Shown here: positions 27,611-38,700 of the stretch, piece after piece
Layout of the letters: each line of letters starts with the position of its first letter
Numbering within the stretch: the stretch's first letter is position 1
Assembly (NCBI GenBank): GCA_964407695.1
Contig: CAYOWQ010000001.1
Span: 374,160 to 438,159 of the forward strand
Source: an uncultured Isosphaeraceae bacterium
GTDB taxonomy: Bacteria; Planctomycetota; Phycisphaerae; Phycisphaerales; SM1A02
Direction of reading: 5' to 3'
DNA length: 64,000 nt
Made by a program: the position numbers and the translations under genes
The notes under the pieces: generated by a model
Told to the model about the DNA's origin: nothing
The model's database searches: none
The model's input: only the letters and a program-made list of their open reading frames with translations

Positions 27611-28321
27611 CTACCCGATGCCGAGGTAGGCCTTTCGGACGGCATCGCTGGCGGCCAGTTCGGCGGCGGCCCCTTCCATGACGATCCTGCCGACTTCAAG
27701 CACATAGGCCCGATGCGCCACTTTCAAGGCCATGTGGGCGTTCTGCTCCACCAGCAGAATCGTGGTTCCACTCCTGTTAATCTCACGGATGATTCGAAAA
27801 ATCACCTGAACGATCTGGGGCGCCAGGCCAAGACTCGGTTCGTCGAGAAGAAGCAGTCGCGGCCGAGCCAACATTGCCCGGGCGATGGCCAGCATCTGCT
27901 GCTCTCCACCTGAGAGCGTTCCGGCATTCTGATTGATTCGCTCCTTGAGGCGGGGAAAAAGTTCGAGGGCGCGGTCTCGGTCGCGGCGAATCTCGTCCTC
28001 GTCGTTGCGAACGAAGGATCCCAGCTGGAGGTTCTCGGACACGGTCATGTTGGCAAAGATGCCGCGACCCTCCGGCGCCTGAGCGATGCCAAGTCGGACG
28101 ATGGTGTGCGGCGCGAGCCGTTGTATCGGCCGGCCGTCGAATTCGATCTGCCCGGCGGATCGAATCAGGCCGGAAATGGCTCGAAGAGTCGTTGACTTTC
28201 CGGCCCCATTGCAGCCGATGAGCGTGACGATCTCACCCTTGTCGATGGAGAGAGAAATGCCGTGCAGCGCCCTGATGGCACCGTAGCTCACGTGCAAGTC
28301 CTTTACCGCGAGCAACGTCAT
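27611..28321 (-). CDS. livF: Branched-chain amino acid ABC transporter ATP-binding protein LivF
   Basis: GCNGAGKST, LSGGEQQMLAIARA, LLLLDEPSLGLAP. Confidence 0.93.
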   Translation of the reverse strand: MTLLAVKDLHVSYGAIRALHGISLSIDKGEIVTLIGCNGAGKSTTLRAISGLIRSAGQIEFDGRPIQRLAPHTIVRLGIAQAPEGRGIFANMTVSENLQLGSFVRNDEDEIRRDRDRALELFPRLKERINQNAGTLSGGEQQMLAIARAMLARPRLLLLDEPSLGLAPQIVQVIFRIIREINRSGTTILLVEQNAHMALKVAHRAYVLEVGRIVMEGAAAELAASDAVRKAYLGIG

Positions 28322-29112
28322 GCCGCCTCCCCGGTGCCATCGTCCGTCCCGAGGTAGGCCTCGATGACCAGTGGGTCATTCTGCACCTTTTCCGGCGGTC
28401 CGGTTGCGATGGTCTGCCCGAAATTCAGGACGGTGATGTGCTCGCACAGATTCATGACGACGCCCATGTCGTGCTCAATCAGAAGAATGGCGACGTCGAA
28501 TTTGCTCCTGATGTCGAGTATGAGCGATCGGAGCGCACCTTTTTCCTGCGGGTTCATGCCGGCGGCGGGCTCGTCGAGAAGCAGCACCTTGGGGTCGGTG
28601 GCAAGAGCCCGGGCCATCTCAAGGCGACGCTGATCGCCATAGGGAAGGTTTCGGGCCTGTTCGCGCACACGATCGTCAAGCTTGAAGAGCGAGAGGAGCG
28701 TCATGGCGCGCTCACGAATGGCGCGTTCATCGCCTCGGTGATACCGCGATCGAAGAATGGCTCCGGCAAGATGCTGATCGGATCGCACGTGGCACGCGAT
28801 GCGAACATTGTCCAGAACCGAGAGATCAGGAAAGAGGCGGATGTTCTGGAAGGTTCGGGCGATTCCCGCCTCGGCGATGAAACATGATCGCAACCCTGTG
28901 ATCTCTCGCCCCGCCAGGTGAATCAATCCGGCATCCGGCTTGTAGACGCCCGTCAGGAGATTGAAGACGGTGGTCTTGCCAGCGCCGTTGGGCCCGATCA
29001 GTCCCTTGAGGTTTCCGCGCTCCAGCGTCAACGAGAACCTCTGCACCGCCTTCAAGCCGCCAAACGACTTGTCGAGGTTGCGTACATCGAGAATGGTCGT
29101 GGATGCTGTCAC
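28318..29112 (-). CDS. livG: Branched-chain amino acid ABC transporter ATP-binding protein LivG
   Basis: GPNGAGKTT, LPYGDQRRLEMARA, LLLDEPAAGMNP. ATGA overlap with livF. Confidence 0.93.
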   Translation of the reverse strand: MTASTTILDVRNLDKSFGGLKAVQRFSLTLERGNLKGLIGPNGAGKTTVFNLLTGVYKPDAGLIHLAGREITGLRSCFIAEAGIARTFQNIRLFPDLSVLDNVRIACHVRSDQHLAGAILRSRYHRGDERAIRERAMTLLSLFKLDDRVREQARNLPYGDQRRLEMARALATDPKVLLLDEPAAGMNPQEKGALRSLILDIRSKFDVAILLIEHDMGVVMNLCEHITVLNFGQTIATGPPEKVQNDPLVIEAYLGTDDGTGEAA

Positions 29113-29122
29113 TGTGAGTCTG

Positions 29123-30277
29123 TCACGATCGGCGCAGGAAACGAGTCAGCCAGCTCCACGAGGCTCTTTCCCAGATCTCGTGAATACCAAGCAGTCCCTG
29201 CGGGCGGAAGATCATCATGAGGATGAGGGCAAGGGCGTAGAGGATCATGCGGTAATCGGCGAGACCGCGCAGCCACTCAGGAAGCAATGTCACGACGGCT
29301 GCGGCCACGGCCGCTCCGCTGATACTTCCCAACCCGCCAAGCACCACCATGATGATGATGTCAAAGCTCTTGAGAAAGCCCGCCGATTCGGGCGAAAGGC
29401 CTATTCCCAACGTGTGGGCATACAACCCACCCGCCACGCCGGCAAAGAAGGCTGCGATCATGAACGCCCACACCTTGTATCGTGTGGTATTCACACCCAT
29501 CGCCTCCGCCGCGATTTCATCCTCCCGAATCGAGAGGAATGCGCGCCCGAACGTGCTGTATTTCAGGCGAAAGGCGACCACGATGGTGACGCCTGCGACC
29601 AGCCAGACCCAGAAGAGGCTGGTGTAGGTTGGAATGCCGGAGAATCCAAGCGAACCGCCGACATAGCCGGGCAAGGCCCAAAGAGGCGCTGCCTCGACCG
29701 CTGCAGGAGATCGAAGCAGAGGAGCGGTCTGCTGAATGCAGACACGAACGATTTCACCGAATCCGAGCGTGACTATTGCGAGGTAATCTCCGCGCAGCCG
29801 AAGGCTGGGCAGTCCGACCGCAAAACCCACGAGTGCGGCCACGACTCCGCCGAGGACGAGGCCGGCCATGAACAGGCCATCACCGGCGGTCAGCCAGGCC
29901 GTGGCCGCGTCATTTGGTGTAGTGCCGCTGAGGATCCCGCCGCGCATGTCGGCGGATTGCCAGAGCAGCATCGAGCCGTAATAGGTGACGACGCCGGAGG
30001 CGTAACCGCCAACGGCGAGGAATCCGGCATGGCCCATCGAGAATTGGCCCGTGAAGCCGTTTACGATGTTGAGTGAGACAGCGAGGGTGACAGCAACGCC
30101 GATATCCAGGAGCAGCTTGGCCGGGTAAGGATCAATGTTTGGTCGAACGACAAATTGCGCCAGAAGCGCCACCCCCACGGCGGCCAGCCACGGCGCAGCA
30201 CTGCGCACCAGCGTGATGGCTGGCCCGGGTCGAAGCGAATGGGCTCGCTCGGGAAGATGGGGCATGATCTGGGTCAT
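29123..30277 (-). CDS. livM: Branched-chain amino acid ABC transporter permease LivM
   Basis: Polytopic. GQFSMGHAGFLAVGGY motif. Positioned between livH and livG. Confidence 0.9.
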   Translation of the reverse strand: MTQIMPHLPERAHSLRPGPAITLVRSAAPWLAAVGVALLAQFVVRPNIDPYPAKLLLDIGVAVTLAVSLNIVNGFTGQFSMGHAGFLAVGGYASGVVTYYGSMLLWQSADMRGGILSGTTPNDAATAWLTAGDGLFMAGLVLGGVVAALVGFAVGLPSLRLRGDYLAIVTLGFGEIVRVCIQQTAPLLRSPAAVEAAPLWALPGYVGGSLGFSGIPTYTSLFWVWLVAGVTIVVAFRLKYSTFGRAFLSIREDEIAAEAMGVNTTRYKVWAFMIAAFFAGVAGGLYAHTLGIGLSPESAGFLKSFDIIIMVVLGGLGSISGAAVAAAVVTLLPEWLRGLADYRMILYALALILMMIFRPQGLLGIHEIWERASWSWLTRFLRRS

Positions 30278-31201
30278 TCAGACCTTCTCCACAACAGCCT
30301 TTCCGACGATGCCCCCCGGGCGGACAAGCAACACGACGATCAGGAGTCCGAAAACGTAGACGTCGGCGAGGCTGGATTTCAGATAGGCGGATCCGAAGAA
30401 TTCCAGCAGTCCGATCGTCAGCCCGCCCAACATGGCGCCGCGGACATTGCCGATTCCGCCAACAACCGCCGCCACAAAGGCTTTCAAGCCGAGCAGGACC
30501 CACGAGGTATCCGCGGGTTGCTTGATCTGTTCATACTTGAGCGCCCAGAGAAAGCCGCCGGCCGCGGCCAACATCGCCCCGGTGACAAAGGTAATGCTGA
30601 TGACTCGGTTTACTGCGATTCCCATCAGGCTCGCAGTGGTTGGATTGTGGCTGACGGCTCGCATCGCCCGGCCTAACTTGGTGTGGAAGACCAGCCATTC
30701 GAGGCCGATCATGAGAACCACGGCGGTCGTCATTCCGACGACGTCGAGCACTCGAACATGCACCTCGCCGATCTGAAACAGCGTTGCATCGGGTAGCAGC
30801 GGGGGTATGTTGGCCGGGCGGGTGCCGAAGACTTGTGTCTGCCCGAGGTTCTGCAGAAACAGTGAGACGCCGATGGCGGTGATCAGGACGTTCAGTCTTG
30901 GGGCGTTCCGAAGGGGCTTATAGGCGAACCGCTCGATCAGGAATCCAACGAGTCCACAGACGATCATCGCCACAACAAGCACGATGGGGCCGACCCACCA
31001 CGGGGCGGCGGTCCATTGCATTAACGACTCGAGCTTTCGTGCCACGACGAGGCTGATCCAAGCGCCGAGAACGACCACGTCGCTGTGGGCGAAATTGATG
31101 AATTTCAGGATGCCATAGACCATCGTGTAGCCGAGCGCAATGAGCGCATACAGGCTTCCGAGAGCCAGCCCATCCTTGAGTGTTTGCAGGAATTGGTCCA
31201 T
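30278..31201 (-). CDS. livH: Branched-chain amino acid ABC transporter permease LivH
   Basis: LGSLYALIALGYTMVYGILKFINFAHSD is typical of LivH. Confidence 0.9.
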   Translation of the reverse strand: MDQFLQTLKDGLALGSLYALIALGYTMVYGILKFINFAHSDVVVLGAWISLVVARKLESLMQWTAAPWWVGPIVLVVAMIVCGLVGFLIERFAYKPLRNAPRLNVLITAIGVSLFLQNLGQTQVFGTRPANIPPLLPDATLFQIGEVHVRVLDVVGMTTAVVLMIGLEWLVFHTKLGRAMRAVSHNPTTASLMGIAVNRVISITFVTGAMLAAAGGFLWALKYEQIKQPADTSWVLLGLKAFVAAVVGGIGNVRGAMLGGLTIGLLEFFGSAYLKSSLADVYVFGLLIVVLLVRPGGIVGKAVVEKV

Positions 31202-31227
31202 GCGCCGGGAAGCACTTCAACACCGGC

Positions 31228-32424
31228 TCAGGCATCGGGCTCGACCGTGGCACGATAAACCCAATTGCCGTTCTTGCGCTCGACCACGACGATCGGCTTG
31301 TCAGCATTGTGTTGTGAGTTGATCGTGATTGTCCCGGTCACCGCCTTGAAATCCTTGGTTTGGGCGATTGCGTCGCGAAGGGCAGGGGCCTTGAGGCTGT
31401 CGGCCCGCCGAATGGCGTCGAAGAGAATATTGGCCGCGTCGTAGCCGAGGGCGGCGAGGCCATCGGGAACGCCACCGAAGTCTGCGTTGTACTTGCTCAC
31501 GAATTCCTGAATGATGGGGGTGGGCTGATCGGGGGCGTAGTGGTTCGTATAGAAGCAGCCTTCGATTGATTCGCCGGCGTTCTTGCCCAGTTCCTCGCTG
31601 TCCCAGCCGTCGCCGCCCATAAGGGGCATCTTCATGCCAAGCTTGCGGGCCTGAAGGGCGATGTTGGCGACGTCGCTGTAATAGCCCGGGACGTAGATGA
31701 GGTCCGGCTCGGTTTCGCGGATACGGGTGAGCTGGGCGTTGAAGTCACTGGCCCCCTTGGTGTAGGCCTGATCGGAGACGATCTCTCCGCCCATGGTCTT
31801 GAAGTTCTTGACGAACTCGTCCTTGAGCCCGACAGAATACGCGGAGGCCTGGTCGTAAAGCACGGCGGCCTTCTTGGCTTTCAGGTCTTCAATCGCGAAC
31901 TTGGCTCCAGCGAAACCCTGGAAGGGGTCAATGAAGCACACGCGGAAGATCATGTCACCCTTCTGAGTAACTTCCACGTTCGTGCTGCTGGGGGTGATCA
32001 TGGGCACGCCGTATTGCTGGCAGACCGGGGCACCCTGCAGGCTGACGCTTGAGGCGACTTCGCCGAGAATGGCAGCGCATTTGTCCTTGGTGATCAGTTT
32101 CGTGACGACGGTTCCTGCCTTTTCCGGCTTGCCTTCGGTGTCGTCGGAGACCAGTCGCACCTTGAGCTTCTTGCCACCCACCATGACGCCGCCGGTTTCG
32201 TTGACCTCCTTCACGGCGAGCAGAATGCCGTTGTCGGTCGATTTGCCGAACGTCGCCTCAGGGCCAGTCAGCGAGGCGTAGTGACCAATGACGATCTCCT
32301 GAGGGACCGCATTCGACTGGCCCGAATTTGATGGTTTGCAGGAGGTTAACGCGAGGCACAGCGTCGCGAGCGCCAGGATGGCGAAGTTCATACCGCGAAA
32401 TCGAATTGGACGCTCATTCTTCAT
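31228..32424 (-). CDS. Branched-chain amino acid ABC transporter substrate-binding lipoprotein (LivJ/K-like)
   Basis: Lipobox LALTSC. Peripla_BP_6-like IVIGHYASLTGPEATFGKS. Confidence 0.88.
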   Translation of the reverse strand: MKNERPIRFRGMNFAILALATLCLALTSCKPSNSGQSNAVPQEIVIGHYASLTGPEATFGKSTDNGILLAVKEVNETGGVMVGGKKLKVRLVSDDTEGKPEKAGTVVTKLITKDKCAAILGEVASSVSLQGAPVCQQYGVPMITPSSTNVEVTQKGDMIFRVCFIDPFQGFAGAKFAIEDLKAKKAAVLYDQASAYSVGLKDEFVKNFKTMGGEIVSDQAYTKGASDFNAQLTRIRETEPDLIYVPGYYSDVANIALQARKLGMKMPLMGGDGWDSEELGKNAGESIEGCFYTNHYAPDQPTPIIQEFVSKYNADFGGVPDGLAALGYDAANILFDAIRRADSLKAPALRDAIAQTKDFKAVTGTITINSQHNADKPIVVVERKNGNWVYRATVEPDA

Positions 32425-32567
32425 GCCTGAATATCCTCCAAACGCAAGTCAGGGTAGCCTACAGCCGATGAGACTTGGTTTCAAAGTGTTGGCTGCAAAT
32501 CCGCGTTGGATTGCTCGAGGCCACTGCCGATTGAGCCGACGATCACGATAGAAGGCGTTCCTCCGAC

Positions 32568-34361
32568 GTGTCGATTGCGATCCTCATCACACTTTTCACC
32601 ATCGCAGGCGTCCTGTGCCTGCTGGTTTTCAGTCGCGTAGCGCCCGACCTGATCATGCTTGCCGGGGTCACGCTGCTGATGACGCTGGGCGTGTTGACGC
32701 CTCGTGAGGCGTTTGAGGGGTTTGGCAATGAAGGGATGATCACGGTGGCGGTGTTGTTCGTCGTGGCGGCTGGCTTGCGCGAAACGGGCGGCATGGGCTG
32801 GGTGGCTCAACGGATTTTCGGCCGGCCCAAGTCAATTCCCGCGGCACAGTTGCGCATGATGGCTCCGGTTGCGGCGATGAGCTCCTTCATGAACAACACA
32901 CCGTTGGTCGCGACGATGGTTCCAATCGTGGGTGAATGGGCGAAGAAGCATCGCATTCCGGCGTCGAAGCTGATGATGCCGCTCTCCTTCGCCACGATAC
33001 TGGGTGGATTGTGCACCCTTCTGGGCACCAGTACCAATCTCATCGTCGATGGCCTCGTCAAGGACGCCATCAAGGCGGGCAAGATGGCGGCCGAGGATCA
33101 GCTTCACCTTTTCAGCGTGGCGCCGATCGGCGTGTGCTGCGTCGTAGCGGGCCTGTTTTACATGCTGCTGGCCGCGAAGTGGCTCCTGCCCGATCGTCGT
33201 CCTCCGATCTCCATTTCTGACGATGTGCGTGAATACACCGTCGAGATGCTGGTGGATGAAGGATCCCCGCTCGCGGGACAGACCATCGAGCAGGCGGGGC
33301 TTCGCCATCTCGAAGGTGCGTATCTCATGGAGATCGATCGCAACGGACAGTCGATACCTGCGGTCGGTCCCGAGCAGAGACTCGTCGCCGGTGATCGCCT
33401 CGTGTTCGTCGGCGTGGTTGATTCGGTCGTGGAATTGCAGCGAATTCGCGGCCTTCGTCCGGCCACCAACCAGGTTTTCAAATTGGATTCGCAGCGGCTG
33501 AATCGTTGCCTGATTGAGGCGGTGGTGTCGCATACATCGCGCGTCGTCGGCCAGACGGTGCGCGATTCGAAATTCCGCACGGTGTACAACGCGGTAGTCA
33601 TCGCCGTGGCCCGCAACGGTGAGCGCATCAACCGGAAGATTGGTGATATCGAGCTTCAACCGGGCGATACGCTGTTGCTGGAAGCTCATCCTGGATTCGT
33701 CGATCGCAACCGCAATTCGCGGGATTTTTATCTCGTCAACCGGCTGGAGGATTCCACTCCTCCCAGCCACGAGCGCGGTTGGATCGCTGTCCTGATTCTT
33801 GCAATCATGGTTGCGCTTGCCGGTACCGGCGCGCTGACGATGCTGAATGCGGCCTTGCTCGCGGCCGGGGCCATGGTGTTGGCGCGGTGCTGCACCATTA
33901 CCGCCATGCGGCGGGCAATCGACTGGCCCATTCTGCTGGTGATCGGTGCCGCGCTCGGTCTCGGCGAGGCGATGGAGAAGACCGGTGCGGCGAATCTGCT
34001 GGCGTCCAATCTCATCGGGCTCGCGGGTGATCGCCCATGGTTGGCGCTCGTGATCCTGTACGGCGTCACCATGCTTTTCACGGAGTTGCTGTCAAATACC
34101 GCCGCGGCGGCGCTCGTCTTCCCCTTCGCCCTCGCCACGGCGAACTCACTTCACGTGGATGCCACGCCATTCGTGATTTCCATCATGATCGCGGCCTCCT
34201 GCGGCTTCGCCACGCCCATCGGCTATCAGACCAATCTGATGGTGTACGGTCCCGGTGGATATCGATTCAGCGACTACATCAGATTCGGCGGCCTGCTCAA
34301 CATTCTGGTGTGGATTGTCACGGTTTCTCTGGCTCCCGTGATTTTTCCGTTTCATCCATGA
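32568..34361 (+). CDS. SLC13/DASS-family permease with two central TrkA-C domains
   Basis: GTG start. Hydrophobic halves flank two TrkA-C repeats (SPLAGQTIEQAGLRHLEGAYLMEIDRNG and SRVVGQTVRDSKFRTVYNAVVIAVARNG). Confidence 0.85.
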   Translation: MSIAILITLFTIAGVLCLLVFSRVAPDLIMLAGVTLLMTLGVLTPREAFEGFGNEGMITVAVLFVVAAGLRETGGMGWVAQRIFGRPKSIPAAQLRMMAPVAAMSSFMNNTPLVATMVPIVGEWAKKHRIPASKLMMPLSFATILGGLCTLLGTSTNLIVDGLVKDAIKAGKMAAEDQLHLFSVAPIGVCCVVAGLFYMLLAAKWLLPDRRPPISISDDVREYTVEMLVDEGSPLAGQTIEQAGLRHLEGAYLMEIDRNGQSIPAVGPEQRLVAGDRLVFVGVVDSVVELQRIRGLRPATNQVFKLDSQRLNRCLIEAVVSHTSRVVGQTVRDSKFRTVYNAVVIAVARNGERINRKIGDIELQPGDTLLLEAHPGFVDRNRNSRDFYLVNRLEDSTPPSHERGWIAVLILAIMVALAGTGALTMLNAALLAAGAMVLARCCTITAMRRAIDWPILLVIGAALGLGEAMEKTGAANLLASNLIGLAGDRPWLALVILYGVTMLFTELLSNTAAAALVFPFALATANSLHVDATPFVISIMIAASCGFATPIGYQTNLMVYGPGGYRFSDYIRFGGLLNILVWIVTVSLAPVIFPFHP

Positions 34362-34418
34362 TCGACGCCTGACGCATGAACTCCATCCTCCTAGCATCCG
34401 TACTAGGCGCGATAGATC

Positions 34419-35630
34419 ATGCTCTGGCAACCTTCCATCCCCGACGAATACCTCGCCCTCTCCGATGAGCAGTTGGCTGATCGCATTAATTCGCAACGAG
34501 TGGTGCTGGGCCGGCAACTGCTCATCCTCGGCCACCATTACCAGCAGGACGAGGTGATTCGTCATGCCGACCTCACCGGAGACAGTCTGAAGCTCAGCCA
34601 GCTCGCCGCGGCCGAAGCGCCGCGACGAGGCGCAAAATACATCGTCTTCTGCGGGGTGCATTTCATGGCCGAGACGGCCGACATTCTGACTCCGGACGAT
34701 GTGGAGGTGATCCTTCCGGATCTTTCAGCAGGTTGTTCCATGGCAGACATGGCTGCCTACGACGATGCCGTAGAGGCGTGGGAGGTCATCACTCGTGCCA
34801 TGAGCGCGACTGGTGGTGGAACGCTGATTCCGATTACCTATGTCAATTCTTCCGCCGCGGTGAAGGCATTCGTGGGCGACCACGGCGGCGCCTGTTGCAC
34901 CAGCTCGAACGCAGTGGAGGTGTTCGACTGGGCGCTGCGCGGCGGCGACTCTGGTGCGAATCCCGATTCAGTCAAGATTCTCTTCCTGCCGGATCAGCAC
35001 CTTGGACGCAACACTGCGTCGAAGAAGGGATTCCTGACCGAGGTGGACGAAGCGAACGGCCGCGGCCCGACGCAGACCCGTGTCTGGAATCCCCGCGCGG
35101 ATCACGGCGGCCTGAGCGATGACCAGATCCGTGATGCCAAGGTGCTTCTCTGGGCGGGTCATTGCAGTGTGCATAAGCTCTTCCGCCCGGAGCACGTCGA
35201 TCAGGCTCGAGCTGCCTATGCCGACCGCGGCGGAATCACCGTGCTCGTTCATCCCGAGTGCTGCAAGGAAGTCGTTGACCGTGCTGACATGAACGGGTCC
35301 ACGGAATACATCATTCGAACCATTGAGTCGGCGAAACCGGGTACCAACTGGGCCGTGGGAACGGAGGTTCACCTGGTGAACAGACTTTCACGTGCCGCGT
35401 CCGAACGGGGAGTTCATGCTCGTATCCTGAGCGAGTGCCAGTGCCTGTGCACGACGATGTATCGCATCGATCCCCAGCACCTCCTTTGGGTGCTCGACAA
35501 TCTGGCCGTGGGCAAGGTGGTCAATCCGATTCGGGTGCATCCCGAAGCGAAACGGCTTGCAAAGCTCGCACTTCAGCGCATGCTATCGTGCACATCTCCC
35601 GAGCGGCGGGTTCCAGCGATGGTTGATTGA
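34419..35630 (+). CDS. nadA: Quinolinate synthase NadA
   Basis: LLILGHHYQQDEV, FCGVHFMAETADIL, GCSMADMA, WAGHCSVH. Confidence 0.92.
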   Translation: MLWQPSIPDEYLALSDEQLADRINSQRVVLGRQLLILGHHYQQDEVIRHADLTGDSLKLSQLAAAEAPRRGAKYIVFCGVHFMAETADILTPDDVEVILPDLSAGCSMADMAAYDDAVEAWEVITRAMSATGGGTLIPITYVNSSAAVKAFVGDHGGACCTSSNAVEVFDWALRGGDSGANPDSVKILFLPDQHLGRNTASKKGFLTEVDEANGRGPTQTRVWNPRADHGGLSDDQIRDAKVLLWAGHCSVHKLFRPEHVDQARAAYADRGGITVLVHPECCKEVVDRADMNGSTEYIIRTIESAKPGTNWAVGTEVHLVNRLSRAASERGVHARILSECQCLCTTMYRIDPQHLLWVLDNLAVGKVVNPIRVHPEAKRLAKLALQRMLSCTSPERRVPAMVD

Positions 35631-35709
35631 CTACACTTCCGTCCTGATTGGCACGTCCGGCCCATTTTGGCGTCGATCGTGCCGGATCGAACTCGTGAGC
35701 AATTGAGCC

Positions 35710-38700
35710 ATGGTAGAACAACAGACTAAGAAGCCCCGCTGGGGCCGCCGGATCATCCTGATTGTCGTGCTGATCGTGGGCCTCCTCATGACAGCGGTGG
35801 CCCTTGCGCCAACACTGGTCAGCGCTGGCGTCGGCAAGTCGTCCATCGTGGGGGTCATCAATGAGAACATCAACGGCACCGCGGATTACGCCAGGCTCAA
35901 CGTGTCATGGTTCGGGAGCCAGTCCATTGAAAACCTCACGATCATTGATACATCCGGAACGAAGGTGGTTGATATCAGTGCCCGGGCCGAAACCTCATTG
36001 ATTTCGCTCCTGTCGGGGCTCGACCGGCTGGCCGTGTCGATCAAGGGTTCAATCAATGCGACCTTGGAAGAGGACGGCTCGACCAACCTGACGGATCTTG
36101 CCGCAACACCGGGTGGCCCTCCCGCGGCCAAGCAGCAATCGACATCGTCCGATGCCCTCCTGCCCGGAGGCATGGCGGTGGTGCTCGACGTTCAAGGATT
36201 GAACGTGTCTGTCGAAGTTGCGGATGGTCCGAAGGTGGAGATCAACGATCTGCAGGGGAAGGCGGCGATAGAACCGGGGAACGCGATTACCGCTGACTTT
36301 ACGGCAGGCACGCTGTATCGTGAGCAGCCCGGACAATTCAAACTGTCAGCCAGGTCCAAAGGCGCTATCGACCGCCAGGGCCGACTCAACCTCAGCGGGG
36401 CCTCGCTTACGGTTGATGTTTCTCTGCAAAATGTCAAAGCTCCAGCCGGACCGGTCTCCGTCGACGTGAAGTCCTTGACCATCGGCGTGCAGAGCAATGA
36501 TGTCACCCAGGACATTGATCTCTCCATTCTCGGGAGTGGGATGATCGATGGTTCTGAGCCCAGCACGATTGACGGCGCGATCAAAGCGAGCAAGCTGCTG
36601 AAGTCGGATGGTTCCGTCGATTTTGACATCGGAAAGATGACCGGCACACTTCAAGCTCGGGCACTTCCAACCGCTGTGGCCCAGCCGTTTCTCAAGGACA
36701 CCTCGCTCATCCTGAGTCGGGATCTCGGGCCAACGATCGACATTGACGCGAACTTCGGGTCGGGCGAGGAGAAGGTCGTCACGCTCAAGGCGAGTGCGCA
36801 ACAACTCACCGCCGAGATGGCGGCCGAGATCAATGCTGCGACGCGCGCTGTGGAAGGATCAAAGCTTGCGATTTCTGCCAATGTACAGCCCGAAACCCTG
36901 AGGGCGATCGCGGGCATCGGAGCCGAGAGTCCGACGACCGTTCAGGTCAACTGCTCCGGATTCACGGTTCCACCGATGAATTCAGATGGTTCACTTGAGA
37001 TCTCGAAGGCGGGCGGCACGGTACAGATCACCATTCCGGGTCGGACCCAGCTTCTGAATGAAGATGGGAAGCCGCTCGCCGAACTCGGCGACGTCTCCAT
37101 CGACATTGATGCGCCTACTCTGGCCCAGACGATCGTTGTCAAGGCGAGTGCCGGCCTCGAGGGTGGTCACGTCAAGATCGATCAATCAGTCGCAAATCTG
37201 TTCAACGACGGGGGTCTCGTGGCCGAAGGCCAGATCGAGCTTTCCGGCGTTTCCGGCGATCGATTGGGACGATTCCTTCCCGATCAGGAGGAACTGATAG
37301 CGCAGTTGGTCAGCCAGCCGCTGGAGTTTCGCGCGACAACGGGCCTGGCGCCGAATGGCGACCTGAACGCAGCCATCAACGCCGATACCGGTCGTTTGAA
37401 GCTCTCTTTGAACGCGACTCGCCATGAGCAGCAAATCAAGCTCACCGACGCCAAGGCCTCGGCCGAACTGGTGCCGGAGCTTGTGGCAACCCTGCAGACC
37501 GAAGAATCGATCAAGCTGGGGCATGCGGCGACAGTGACCGTCCAGATTCCGGAGTGGTCTGTGTTGGAATCAAAACTCCGAGAAGGGAACCTTACAGGGA
37601 GCCCCATCCAACTCTCCTACCAATCAACCCCGATTCAGATCGTGAAAGCTCCTGGCGTCGCGTCGCCGGTCACCATTGAAGGGCTGGCCGGCGACCTGAA
37701 TCTTGCGCTGGACGACAAGACGAACGTGAAGACGACAGGAGCTGCTCGCGTATTGGACAACTCCGGGACGGCGGCAACAGAGCTCAAATACGACGCGTCG
37801 GCCATCCGTACCGCCTCCTCGGCCGAGATGACCATCGACGCACTCGTAACAGCCAATGACATCAACCTGGCCGCGATAGAGTCAATTCTTGGCCGTGCCG
37901 CGGGAGAACTTCAGAACCTCCTCGGTTCAACAGGCAAACTGACCCTCGGGGTCTCGACGCCGAAACCTTCGGCATATGCAGCCAACGCGACCGTGGAATT
38001 CCCGCAGATGAAGGGCGAGATTCTCGCCAAGGCCGACGACCGCGAGATAACTGCGACAACGAAGGACCTGGTGCTGATCCTTCCACCGGACGCGGCCAAT
38101 CGGTGGCTTGCTCCAGCCGATGGAAGCAAGGGCTGGACTACGACTTCAACCGTGACCGTTCGACCGCAGATCGCGGCGCTCAGCGTTCCTCGGGCTATCG
38201 CATCTGGTGAATCGCTCGATTCCAGCAAGATCAACGTTGATGCATCGATCGACGTAGAGCCATTGACCCTCGTCTCGGCGGATCAACTCAATATCGGCGT
38301 GCAGAGGCTGCAGGCGTCGGCGAAGTGCAGTGACTTGTCGAAGGGAGTCGACCTGTCGCTGAACCTGGCCGCGAGTTCGCCGGATATCGAGGCCAGGGAT
38401 GTGCGGCTGAGCGGCAAGCTGACCGATCTGGTGGGGCCTGATTCCAATTTTGCGATTGGTTCGGCCACGGCCGATCTGAAGGGAAGCGGCGCTGTGACGT
38501 TGCGGAAATCAGCATTGGAGAAGCTGCTGAATCCGTCACCATCTTCAGGACCCGTCGACCCCGCGTCGAGGGTCGCCGTCGATTCCGATCTCACGCTGAC
38601 GCCCGACATTCGCTCGCTCCGGCTGCCGTTCTCGCTGGCTTCCTCAGAGACGGTTGAGGCATCAAAGGTCAATGTCAATCTCGGGTTGACTGGTTCGCCT

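Noticed and set aside
34362-34418. NAD-type riboswitch upstream of nadA
   Set aside because: The spacer is 57 nt, with only a small CCTAG/CTAGG hairpin and no recognisable conserved core.
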